A DNA stretch of 63,950 bases, counting the filler, from Octopus bimaculoides (taxonomy: Eukaryota), in the NCBI RefSeq assembly GCF_001194135.2. It is 8 parts of 7 records of this genome, joined end to end, with 100 filler letters (N's around TTAATTAATTAA, not from the genome) between each part and the next. Parts side by side here need not be neighbours in the genome. Positions count along the whole stretch, not along the records: positions 35,358 to 57,681 come from NC_069004.1; positions 57,782 to 61,466 come from NC_068982.1; positions 61,567 to 63,950 come from NC_068982.1; 5 more parts are not named here. One strand, written 5' to 3'. The translations under genes and the position numbers were made by a program. Below are positions 51,676 through 63,093 of this stretch, in pieces (position 1 is the stretch's first letter; each line of letters starts with the position of its first letter). The notes under the pieces are model-generated. The model was not told where the DNA came from, did no database searches, and worked only from the letters and a program-made list of their open reading frames with translations.

Positions 51676-52216
51676 CCCAGAAAACATCTATTATCAACAA
51701 AATCACTGAAGAACGAAGAAAAATAATATAAATATATATATATTTTAAATTTTGCCCATCCACCCTTAAACCTCAAACCCCAAGAAACCCAACTTTTCCT
51801 TTTTTCATATACATTTACTGCTAAGCTGCCTTTCAATTGACAAAAAGAAACAACAAAAAAACCCTCCTGTGGTGCTTCTTATATCTCAACACAGCTCCTA
51901 CCACCACCACTCACCATCTCCATTTCCACCATCATTACCATCCTGTCCATCTTAAGAACAAAGTGGATATATTTATTGTTATTTTGGTTTGTTTTTACCA
52001 TCACCACCAAGCTCAATACCACCAGCACTTGCCACCACCACCAACTACCACCAACAGCCACACCTTCATCTTCAGTACCACAATCCCTAGTGGTAGTGCA
52101 TCAGCTGGTATTATTTTGATAAGTTCAATTTAATTGTTATTTAGGTTTCTAATTTCCACCCATCCATCCATCTCTACACCATCTCCACTTTCACAACCAT
52201 CACAACCATTCCCAAA
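51676..52216 (+). other. Probable 5' UTR portion of the first SLC20 coding exon
   Basis: Acceptor TTATTCCATTTCAG at 51674-51675; I find no ATG on the + strand between here and 52217; alternative acceptor TATTTAG at 52143-52144. Confidence 0.45.
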
Positions 52217-52406
52217 ATGGACATCCCAGAAAACTGGTTATGGATGGTAGTTGTAGGATTTGTCATTGCCTTTGTTCTGGCATTTGGCATCGGTGCTAAT
52301 GATGTTGCAAACTCCTTTGGTACTTCAGTTGGAGCCAAAGTTCTGACTCTAAAACAGGCCTGCATTCTAGCTACAATTTTTGAAACTCTTGGTGCCATTT
52401 TGCTTG
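52217..52406 (+). CDS. SLC20A1: SLC20/PiT (PHO4 family) sodium-dependent phosphate transporter, first ATG-containing coding exon
   Basis: Translates [63 protein letters not shown](G), with the [11 protein letters not shown] PiT signature; phase-1 donor G|GTAAGG at 52407. The symbol is at family level (invertebrate counterpart of SLC20A1/A2). Confidence 0.95.
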
Positions 52407-54127
52407 GTAAGGAACAGTTTATTTCTTTTCCTTTACTTTTTTTTTGTTATTTTTGTTTCTATTTTATCCTTCTTGTACTCTTTTATCTTCATCATTGCCG
52501 CCTTCATTGTCTTTTAGTTCTTCATTCTAAGTCAATCTGTAATGCTAATCCTATGATAAAATACACTCTATGGAGTAAAGTGGCTGGTAAGCAAACACTG
52601 ATAGTGTAGGCTTGACAACCCCTTTCATCTGGCCAAGGATATAAAACCTCTCTATGGTACTGATGCTTGTGATTGTCAATAGAAAAGGCATCAAGCTGTA
52701 GAAACCATACTAAAATATGAAACATGCAAGAAATGTCCTTGATTTGGTCAAGAAAATCAATAACTCTGAATGAGGGCCGACCTGATGTGTGATGAGCCAT
52801 TAACCCATGTCAGTACTGAAAAGCAGGATTACAATTATGATGGTGGTGATGTGTGTGTGCGTGTGTGTGTGTGTGGCTGGGTGGTCCTGAAAATTCAGTA
52901 TTTCAATATGAAACCATTGAGAATGACAAGCAAGAAAAGAGTGTGTGTACTGGTCATCCATTACATTTAAAAATATTGAAGTGACCAGGCATTGAATCTT
53001 CATGCTTCTTTGTAGAATAATATCTGGTACCTGAAGAATTATGTCTGTAGAGAATTATTGTAGCAAAAATACTTGGTGAAATCTCAGCATTGAACTTGAT
53101 CCCACACAGATATTTGATAACTTTCTGGATGTACATTATCTTTGTCTACCACTCCTTTTATTTTCTGTCCTTCTTCACCCCATCACCACTGCCCTTCACT
53201 TGATCACTTCTAAGTGCAGACCCTGAGGAATGATGTCTGTGTGGATCAAAATCTGGAATCTGAGGAATTGTTGCCTGTTTCAGTCACAGTGCATAATCAG
53301 GTTACTTGAAGATTTTGATAAGTTCAACTGTTGTGAAGATTGAAAAATTTGACATTTTGGGTCTGTAACTAGTATTAGAGGGTGAGGAAACAGGCAGAAA
53401 AACTGGTGTTGTGTTTGGGTTTGTGGACAAGGAAGTGATAAAAAGTTTGAAGAAGTAATGGGCGGGGATCGGAAAGTTTGGTGAAGGAGGAGGAAGCAAA
53501 CATTAGAGAGAGAGAAGATGGAAGGTGGCAGTTTAGATCAAAAGTGCTATTGAAGTAATGGGGAAAAGAAAAGAAGTGGAAGTAAAGAACATGCACACCC
53601 AGAAGCTATTGAATATCAATGTAGGACTTACATTAATGTAATGGCATTATCATTTAGATGGGAATTCTTGCTTCAATAATCCTTACAAAAATAGAAAAGA
53701 AACTTATTAAACCTTTATTACCATATTTCTGTTGAAACATACTGCCTTTATTTCAATTAATTTTGAAAAGAATAAAGAACTTAGTAAAATAACATTGTCA
53801 TAATTAAGATAAGACGTAGAACATAAATTAATAAGAAATTTTGAGGGAAGATATTAATTTAGATCATTTTAAAAGAGGAAGTTTATATCATAGAACCAAG
53901 GATGGCTTCAGGCAGTTTGGTGTCAAAAGAGTTAACACAAACTATAAGAACAGACATAAAAGTATAAGCCTGTAGATTAACCTAGGCTCTTGACACTAAA
54001 CTGTTTCTATACTTGCTCAAAATAGAGTGTTTGCCACTTCAAGATTGTAAGTTGGGATCAGAGAAAGATTTGGCTCCTGTCTCTTGTATGTCAGGCAAAG
54101 GCTTTGAGGCTTCTCTCATGGGTGTTG

Positions 54128-54552
54128 CCATATATACTTGGCTATAAGTCGCCCTTTCTTTCCCTGAAATTTTCACCTAAAGTTGGGATTGCGACTTATA
54201 ATAACATCGTATAAAAAAAAATTTCAGATATTTTCTAGGTACAAGCCATGTCTGAAGTTCTGACACTTAGAATAACTGAAAAGGATAAAATTTTACATTA
54301 TAAACAACAGTTTCTAAAATGCATCGACTTAATGGGATAACAATTGTTGTAAGTCATCTTCAGCTTACTGAAAGCTCAGTTACCGAACAACAACTATGTT
54401 GGCGTGATTCCTAATTGAACTTTGCTCTCCAACAGAAAAGGTCACTGCAACTTATAGTTGGGTCAATGATAAAATTCTTGATTTGAACGTTGTAAGTTGG
54501 TGTGGGGTGGGGGTGTCTTATAGGTGAGGGCATTTTATAGTCAAGTATACAG
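54128..54552. mobile_element. Pogo/Tc-type MITE, decayed
   Basis: Imperfect TIRs CCATATATACTTGGCTATAAG and TTATAGTCAAGTATACAG|TA, with subterminal CTTATA motifs. Confidence 0.45.
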
Positions 54553-54897
54553 TAGTTTTACTTTATATGATAGTTTTCCAACATAGCCATATGGTTCTTG
54601 GCTTTATAATACAATATAGTCACTTCTAAGTCATCTAGATAATGAAGTACCATCTAGATAATGGTACTTCACTACTGAAATGAGGGATCATTGGAAGCTA
54701 TGTTTTTCTTAACATTTTTCTCATATTTCTCAAGCATACACTTGCATATTGATGCAGAGATATTCACATATGCTTATACACATATGCTTATACACAAACA
54801 TGCACATTTAAACATACGTATACTTATATAGCTACACATACACACACACTCTCATTTTTACAACTTTGAAACCAGGATTCTCGTTATTTCTGTCTAG

Positions 54898-54999
54898 GTG
54901 CACGAGTTTCAGATACAATACGAAAAGGCATGATAGATGTGACACCTTACAATGGGACTGAGGAGGTCCTGATGATGGGTAATGTTGCCAGTGTCACGG
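54898..54999 (+). CDS. SLC20A1: SLC20/PiT coding exon 2
   Basis: Acceptor TTTCTGTCTAG, donor G|GTAGGT; 102 nt, phase 1/1; (G)ARVSDTIRKGMIDVTPYNGTEEVLMMGNVASVT(G) matches PiT AKVSETIRKG..DV..YN.T and keeps an N-glycosylation sequon (NGT). Confidence 0.93.
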
Positions 55000-55224
55000 G
55001 TAGGTATTATGTTGTTATTTTGAGTTCAAATCCTGATTAAGTTGACTTTTCCTTTCATATTTCTGCTGCTGAAATTAAAACTTTTAATAAACTTCTGTTG
55101 TTTGAATAAGTTTGTGTGCCATGAGGGAATATGAATTCTAATATTTCAGACAGAGTCCTTGACAGGTAACCTAAAGTATTAGACTGAACCCTTGATATAT
55201 TAGTAACATATTTGGACATGATCC

Positions 55225-55452
55225 TTAACCCTTTAGCATTCAATTCACCCATATCTGGTCCAAATATTTTGCCTGTTTTACATTAAAACTGACCAGATCA
55301 AACCTCTCACACCTACCCTACAATGTCATTCTTAAAATATACAAATGTACCATTGAAATCCTGAAGCTACAATGTAATCAGTGATTAATTCAAAACAATA
55401 TGAATAAATAAGCAGAACATTTGACAAAGAAATCTGAATGCTAAAGGGTAAA
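55225..55452. mobile_element. piggyBac-type MITE (about 225 bp), copy 1
   Basis: TTAA|CCCTTTAGCATT ... AATGCTAAAGGG|TAAA; interior similar to 37708-37924 and, inverted, to 44117-44344. Confidence 0.75.
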
Positions 55453-55818
55453 TGTATTTTGCTTTCCTGGAGTAGGGAAGGCATGTCATTAATGAGGTTG
55501 CAAATATTGAAGAAAGGGCTTTGATAAACCTAGCTGATTGACTGACTGAATGATTAGTCAAACAGATGATTAGTTAACTTGATAATTCCAGCATATTTTA
55601 AAGCACCCTTGATGTCAATATTAATGTTTGAGCAAGGCTCTTGATGCATATTATTAACATTTTGAACAAGGCCCCTTGACAAGGAAGTCTAATGTCAATT
55701 CACATCTTCCCACAGCATAGAAAGTTGTTGAAATCTGTCAAGCTCTCCAGATTATCTTTGCACATATCATTATCATCATCATTGTAACATGAAAGTCTTT
55801 TTTCTTCTTTTTTCCTAG

Positions 55819-55959
55819 GTTCCTGCTTCTGGCTTCTCCTTGCAACGTTCCTCCGTCTTCCAGTTTCTGCCACACACAGTATAGTAGGGTCTACCCTTGG
55901 TTTTGCCCTAGTTGCTCATGGTTCAAAAGGAGTGAAATGGTCAAAATTAGGAATTATCA
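55819..55959 (+). CDS. SLC20A1: SLC20/PiT coding exon 3
   Basis: Long pyrimidine tract plus TAG acceptor, donor A|GTAAGT; 141 nt, phase 1/1; (G)[46 protein letters not shown] matches the PiT LPIS.TH.IVG...GF motif. Confidence 0.95.
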
Positions 55960-57355
55960 GTAAGTAATTTATAAGCCATCCACCACCACAATCACAACCA
56001 CAAACCCATCTTTCATATTAGACAGGATATTTTTCTCTTTATGTTTATTTCTTTCCCATTTTGTCTAGTACTTTTTTTTTTTTAGTATCTAGTTAATGTA
56101 GTGTATTCAGCCTCCACTGAATGTTGCAGATGTTATAAAGTACACTTCTTTTTTAATGTATGTTTTCATTCTTCATGTGTCTCAATATATCCAGTTAGTT
56201 GTCAGGGATGAATTAAGGTGCAAGATCAACTATGAATATTACCTGTGATAGACGAGCATCCTATCTGGATGGTGGGTACTGGGATGGAGGTTTATTTCAT
56301 ATGTATTAAACATCATCATCATCATCATCATCATTTAATGTCTGTTTTCCATCCTGGCATAGATAAGACAGGGAGCCACACCAGGCTCCCTTTTCTATTT
56401 TGGCATGGTTTCTACAGCTGGATGCCATTCCTAATGCCAACTACTCCTCAGAGTGTACTGGGTGCTTTTTAGGTGTTAGCAACACAAGTGCTTTTAATGT
56501 GGCAGAACCAACATCGGTGCTTTTTATGTGGCACTAGTGTACATTCTGCTGTGGTGGATAAGTCTTCTTGAGTACAACAAGGCACTAGATGTCTTGGTCC
56601 TTTTTTATATCCTTCATAAGGCTCAGTGTCTTGATATCAGTAGTCTAAAGTTTTGTGTGCTTCCCAAGGCACAAAGAGAGTATCGTTATTAAATCATATG
56701 CTTTAATGACCAGTGAATGATCCTCTATGTGGTCATTCAACTTGCTTGAAATAGCAGTCAAATTTCAACTTGAATCATATCTTAATGAAAAAAATGCTTA
56801 TGATTACCTTAGGAGTTATCAATAAGTTATCAATAACCCATTCATGAAAACCACAACCTCAACCCCACCTTTGAAACCTTAAAATTAAAATAGAAAATGT
56901 GTGGATTTTGGCTAGAATGCTTTTGATCATAGGTTTGCTCAATCAGGGATGATGAATATATTTTTCCACTGTTTTATTAGTTTATCAAGGAAGAGTCTGT
57001 CCCCTTGACCTTTGCAGACCCTCCAAGATTTTCCAAGACCAATGGGATCAGTGCAATTATTGAATGGTTGCAAGTCAATACATGCTGGGAAAATGTGTAC
57101 AAGGAGAGAATTCTAGAGTCAATGTTCTGGGAATGAAGAACTGGACATGGGATTAGTGTGTGGCCTGGGGGAGTGGGGAAGAACAAAGATAAAATGAAGA
57201 TTGATATCTGGAGCTAAACAGCAGCAAAACTTACTATAGCAAAAAAAAAGACAAGGAGAAAAAAAATGGTTGTGTGGTTAAGAAGTTTGCTTTGCAACCA
57301 CATGATTGTGGGTTCAGTCCCACTGCATGGCACCTTGGGCAAATGTTTTCTACTA

Positions 57356-57681
57356 TGAGGAGATATCCAAAAGTAACTGGGAACATTCTCTGTGGGACAA
57401 ACCCATTGTAGTTCAGGTTTCCGCTGATAGAAGCCATTTGATGCAATCCTCAGGCATAAGTCTGCTGACCGTTGCTGTTGTGTGAAGTTGTACTGTCACA
57501 TAGTACATCTTTGTTTTGCAGTGCTTCTCCTCTGTTGATTTTTGTGATGGCTGAAACGAAAGAAGAGCATATTTCCATGAAATTCTGTTTTCTGCTGAGG
57601 AAAACAGCAGCCGAAACACTTGTCATGCCTCAGCTTACAAGACCACTGCCATGAACAAAGCACAAGTTTAATAGTGGTTTG
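57356..57681 (+). mobile_element. Mariner left end plus transposase N-terminus, inserted at a TA inside a SINE head
   Basis: TA|TGAGGAGATATCCAAAAGT start; MAETKEEHISMKFCFLLRKTAAETLVM...AYKTTAMNKAQV..WF (mariner HTH); truncated by a gap. Confidence 0.75.
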
Positions 57682-57781
57682 NNNNNNNNNNNNNNNNNNN
57701 NNNNNNNNNNNNNNNNNNNNNNNNNTTAATTAATTAANNNNNNNNNNNNNNNNNNNNNNNNNNNNNNNNNNNNNNNNNNNN

Positions 57782-57806
57782 AATGCAAAACAAAAGTCAA
57801 ACATAA

Positions 57807-57895
<89 letters not shown>
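57782..57895 (+). mobile_element. Extreme 3' end of the same R4/Dong-like family plus (AAT)n tail
   Basis: AATGCAAAACAAAAGTCAAACATAAAAT(AAT)n matches the reverse complement of about 61145-61194; the body lies in the adjacent gap. Confidence 0.7.
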
Positions 57896-57898
<3 letters not shown>

Positions 57899-58327
57899 CA
57901 ACAACAACAACAACCATAACAACAAACAATAACACATCGGTTCAATTTCCACTCATTTATTTATTTACTTATTTATTCCAGATGGCCTGTGCGTGTGCTT
58001 GTGTGTGTTTCCTCCATGCTCCATCAACAGGCCAAAGACCAATATGGAAGGACAGTGAGCCGAACTGATATCCGCGTTTAATCCAAGCACCCGAAGGACC
58101 CGTCACTTCGACAAATACAAGAGTACGTCGTCATAAATGAAACGTTCTCTATACTAAATAGGAAATTCACGTAGCAGGTAGAGATACCCTTATACCTACA
58201 GAGTACACATACGTAGGTACATTTCTAAATAGGCAGGTAGTAAGTAGGTGGATGGGTGGGTAGACAGATAAAGATACATAGGTAGGTAGATAGATACATA
58301 GGCAGTACGGAGAGCCAGACAGACAAG

Positions 58328-58360
<33 letters not shown>

Positions 58361-59269
58361 ACAAAAGGAGGCCGAAACACATGACCATATATACGCACAC
58401 ACTCCACACACGCATACACACAAATACACATAAGGACACATATATACATATGTAAGAGGCACACAAAATCATACACATAGACACAATTAAACATGTACAT
58501 GCAAAGAGACTGGGGTACGCACTCACACAGACATACACAAACACACACGTACGCACACACAAAAGCACACGAATATGTAGCATACATACATACATACTTA
58601 CAAATATACATACAGAAGCTTAATGGTGCGCGCGCGTGCATACACACACACTCATACACAACACAATTTCGCATCAAAATCTCAGAAAATCTCAGAAGAA
58701 AACAACAAAGACGGAAAGGAGCGCAGCTTCAATAGCGGACGGTCAGAGTCAAAATTCATTGATACAGTGGTAAAAGCTTACTATAATAAATAAATAAATA
58801 AATAAATAAATGAGTGGAAGTTGAACTGGTCACAACAAAATATATAACAGTCATTGCTACATAAATATAGGATGCTTGTATGAGCGAGTGTATTCCCGCC
58901 ATGCAGCTTGTCTGAGGGCGTTTATACATCCATATTTGTTAAGGTTAGTTTTAATACTTTTCTCACTGGATTGTGTGTTTGTTTCTCTTTTTGCCGTCTG
59001 TGATTTTATTTTTGATCGTCTATATAAGTGAAGATATTTCCTCCGTCTGGATGCTTCTTTTCTTTCTACAAAACGAGAAGTTACATTGCAGAATTGTCAT
59101 TTTAACGAGTTGTATTTATCTATCACCGACGAGATACGTCTGCACCGCCGGATGCACCTAAACCAGTCGTTGAGTGTCTTGCCCATGAGGGATCGATGCT
59201 AGATATGTCGAAACAATTGTCATGATTAATAATAAATTCTCGTATATTCTATCTTCCATCTTTTATTTG

Positions 59270-59323
<54 letters not shown>

Positions 59324-59328
59324 GTATA

Positions 59329-59365
59329 CTAGCTGACGTACCCGGTAACTCCTGGGAAAGCGGGG
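59329..59365 (-). mobile_element. Possible Helitron 3' terminus
   Basis: Minus strand CCCAGGAGTTACCGGGTACGTCAGCTAG|T: imperfect hairpin followed by CTAG and a T; 5' end not identified. Confidence 0.35.
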
Positions 59366-60219
59366 CTTATCCCTTGGTTCCGTTTTCACAAGTGTTTCGC
59401 TAATCCAAATACAATACAAAGTATGTAGCCCTCAAACGGATTTTGCGCATTTACAGACAATATGGAACTGTCCTTCACAAGTTCTTGTCTTTAGAAATTC
59501 TCAATAAGAGATGAATACCCAAATTGTGAAGTCAATTATATAATAAAATGAAGTTTGTTACCCGATAGTTAGAATTCAAATAATGTAGCCCCGAAAAGGG
59601 CTTTAATGCATTCCCAGTGTATATAGAACATAGGAGGAAATACTAATAAAGTATGCACACTAAAATGAAACATGTTACATAATAACAGGCTAATCAAAGT
59701 AAATAACGCTGAAAAGGGATTTTGTGCGTTCCCAAAGGATATTACTCTCAGGGGCACCAGTGTTGGTATATTCGTAAAAAAGTCGCTAACCGAAATAAGC
59801 GGATCTACTGTTTAGGAAAATATTATTTACTTGTTTAAGGGTTGTACTGGATAAATTGCGAATATAATTCTAAGTTCAAATACTAAGAAATGAGCATATT
59901 CAATTTGATGTTTACCAAATAATTTATGAAAATGAATGGATTATTTCCCTTGGCTATATATCTAACGATCCCTTCCAGGGGCGAGTGGGTTATTTCCATT
60001 GGTTTTTAAAATAAACTATATTAGAGATATATAAGGGTCTCTTCCAGGTGCCCTATTATCGTATTTTTTCAACAATCTGAGTATGCCATGAGGTTTCCAG
60101 ACTTGAGTTCTACTCACGTGTCAAGTTTCATCAAAACCGATAAAACGATGTAGGAACAGTTAGCAAAATACTCTACAAATACACCCACAGACGGAATTTC
60201 CCACATATGTAGTAGAAAC

Positions 60220-60258
<39 letters not shown>

Positions 60259-60866
60259 TATACACACACATACATATATACATATGTATAAATATGAATA
60301 TACACACTCTTATTCACTTGAAACGTATCTTAATGTGGCAATGACTGTTATAAATGAGTGAACAAAATGTACCGTCAATAACATCGCGTCTCTAAAACAT
60401 TGCAAAATAAACTAATATAAATGAAAACGCATGAAAATCAAAAGGAATAAAATTAATGATGTTACTTTGCATTATATCTATTATTGACTTTTATTATTTG
60501 CATTGATAATATATTTCTTTTGTTTTTATGATTACATTATTAGTCATAACTGTTCTGATAGAACTGAACTCCATAAGATTGATAGATTTGTAACGTTAGA
60601 GTGGTTGTTCAATGAATGTGACAGGTACTATGTTCAGTCGTGGATCTCGAATTTGTTTAAAACCTAGTCGTCTTTGGTCTCCAGTGACGCGAAAATTTTC
60701 AAGAACAGTGATATGCTTACGTGTTGTATAAATTTGTATTCATTTGATTAAATATCAAATGCTCACGTATTTATTTATTGATTTATTGATTGAATTCATA
60801 AATTTAGTTATCTATCATTATTATTATCATCATCATTATCATCATTATCATCATTATCATCCTCAA

Positions 60867-60920
<54 letters not shown>

Positions 60921-61139
60921 AGCTGCTAACTAAGAGAATCGTTAGCACGCTGGGCCTAATGCTTAGCAGTATTTCGTCCGATTTCCGTTCTGAGTTCATA
61001 TTTCGCTAAGGTCGACTTTGCTTTTCATCCTTTCGGGCTCGATAAATTAAGTGCCAGTTACATAATGGTTGCATAATCGACTGTCTTCCTCCCCACAAAA
61101 ATGTCAGGCTTTGTGCCTGAAAGGATAATCATCATTATC

Positions 61140-61466
61140 GTCATTATTATTATTATTATTATTATTATTTTATGTTTGACTTTTGTTTTGCATTTGTACA
61201 AGTTGGATCCAAGTCTCACCCAGAGACCTCAAGAGACAACAAGTTAGAAGTTCATGTAGGTGTTATGCCTAGGGTACCATATATTTGGATTTGTACAGTT
61301 TTGTTCAAGTGAATGTTTAAGAAACCATAAGAAAATTATGTGTTTGCTTTAAAATTTGAGATCACATACACAGTATTTTACGTAGGATATGGGCAGTTCC
61401 CATGAGCACTATCTTTTGAACTTCAGCCATTTTGGGGTTTCCTGGAATCTGATCTAGGTAGTAATC
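61140..61466 (-). mobile_element. 3' end of an R4/Dong-like element with (AAT)n tail
   Basis: Minus strand DYYLDQIPGNPKMAEVQKIVLMGTAHILRKILCM* (R4-type C-terminus), then a UTR ending CAAAAGTCAAACATAAAAT(AAT)n; the 5' side runs into a gap. Confidence 0.75.
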
Positions 61467-61566
61467 NNNNNNNNNNNNNNNNNNNNNNNNNNNNNNNNNN
61501 NNNNNNNNNNTTAATTAATTAANNNNNNNNNNNNNNNNNNNNNNNNNNNNNNNNNNNNNNNNNNNN

Positions 61567-61633
<67 letters not shown>

Positions 61634-62371
61634 GCGCGCAGACACGTAAACAATGTATGCGCAATGTAATGTATGTTATGCGTAGATATAAACAGTCTGA
61701 ATTGAGCAAATGGGACGAAACTTATCAGTAATTGTCACCTTTTATGATAGGAAATATGTATTGTATGTATATATGTGCATATTATATACGTATGTTGTGT
61801 GTGTGTGTATGTATGCGTATGTAATCAATCGCTATATCTGTATACACCCATCTATTTTTCGTTTTAACGCATGAATGCCTCTAGTCAGTCATCCGTTTAT
61901 CCATCTGTGCTTATTCCTCGTCCTACATCCAGCCTTTTAGTTTGACTATCTAGCAGCTAGTTATTTACCTGTCTGTCAGTCCACCCATCTCTTGAGGCCC
62001 TGTCGGCTGCTCCACCGACTTATCTGTCTAGGCAGTATTCTCTACGTATATATCTCCCAACAATCACTCGCTTAAGATATCTTAGTAAAAAATTGATGAA
62101 CTTGTGGTTTTGTACATGATGAGTTTTCAATTACATGTATTGATTATGTCTTTTAGCTCTTTCCAAAACAATCGATAAAATAGGCAGAAGTATGAAAACA
62201 ACGTGGGTTTCTATCGACTATTCTCCGTCGCAGCACAAGAAAAAATAAATAAATAAAAGCGAGGAAAAAAAATTAAAGGGGGAAACAGAAAAAGACATCT
62301 TTTATCTATAATCTCTTCTTTCAGCCATTGGACTGCGGCCATGCCAGTGTACCGTCTTGAAAGGTTTAATC

Positions 62372-63093
62372 CAGGGGGTTCTCGACCATTTTTTTCGTCT
62401 ATACTCTTTACTCTCTTTACTCTTTTACTTGTTTCAGTCATTTGACTGTGGCCATGCTGGAGCACCGCCTTTAGTCGAGCAAGTCGACCCCAGGACTTAT
62501 TCTTTGTAAGCCTAGTACTTATTCTATCGTTCTCTTTCGCCGAACCGCTAAGTTACGGGTATGTAAACACACCAGCATCGGTTGTCAAGCCATGTTGGGG
62601 GGACAAACACAGACACACAAACACACACACACACACACATACATATATACGACGGGCTTCTTTCAGGTTTCGTCTACCAAATCCACTCACAAGTCTTTGG
62701 TCGGCCCGAGGCTATAGTAGAAGACACTTGCCCAAGGTGCCACGCAGTGGGACTGAACCCGGAACCATGTAGTTCGTAAGCAAACTACTTACCATACAGC
62801 CACTCCTACGCCTATGGACACCTTTGATGATTATTTATTCTGGTGACCTCTCCCTCACAAAATTCATTCAATGTCTGAAAACTAATTTTACAGAAACTTC
62901 TTTCAAAATTACTCTTTGGTTATCACACATTCGCTTGTGTAGATTGAAGAATGTAAAATGTTAGAGAAAGAAACCTTGCAGTTTCTAAAGCAAAATTTAT
63001 TCAGGGGCCCAGTTTACTATTTTGTTGCTTGGAACCCTACAAAATTTTATACGGATTCACAAGGGTTATATGAACCCCGGTTGAGAACCACTG
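62372..63093. mobile_element. hAT/Charlie-like MITE containing an inserted SINE
   Basis: TIRs CAGGGGGTTCTCGACC and GGTTGAGAACCACTG; no clean 8-bp TSD. Confidence 0.6.
62402..62815 (-). mobile_element. tRNA-derived SINE family C with internal TA/TG microsatellite, young full-length copy
   Basis: B box GGTTCAGTCCC, CCTTGGGCAAGTGTCTTC, end GGCGGTGCTCCAGCATGGCCACAGTCAAATGACTGAAACAAG(TAAAAGAG)n. Other copies or parts at about 13756-14480, 18909-19380, 21390-21600, 23880-24110, 28700-28870, 36260-36380, 38560-38730, 57265-57355 and 62320-63425 (split). Confidence 0.88.

Noticed and set aside
52407-52609. Continuation of ORF 52217-52609 past ILLG
   Set aside because: Intron read-through after the GTAAGG donor; PiT similarity resumes at 54898.
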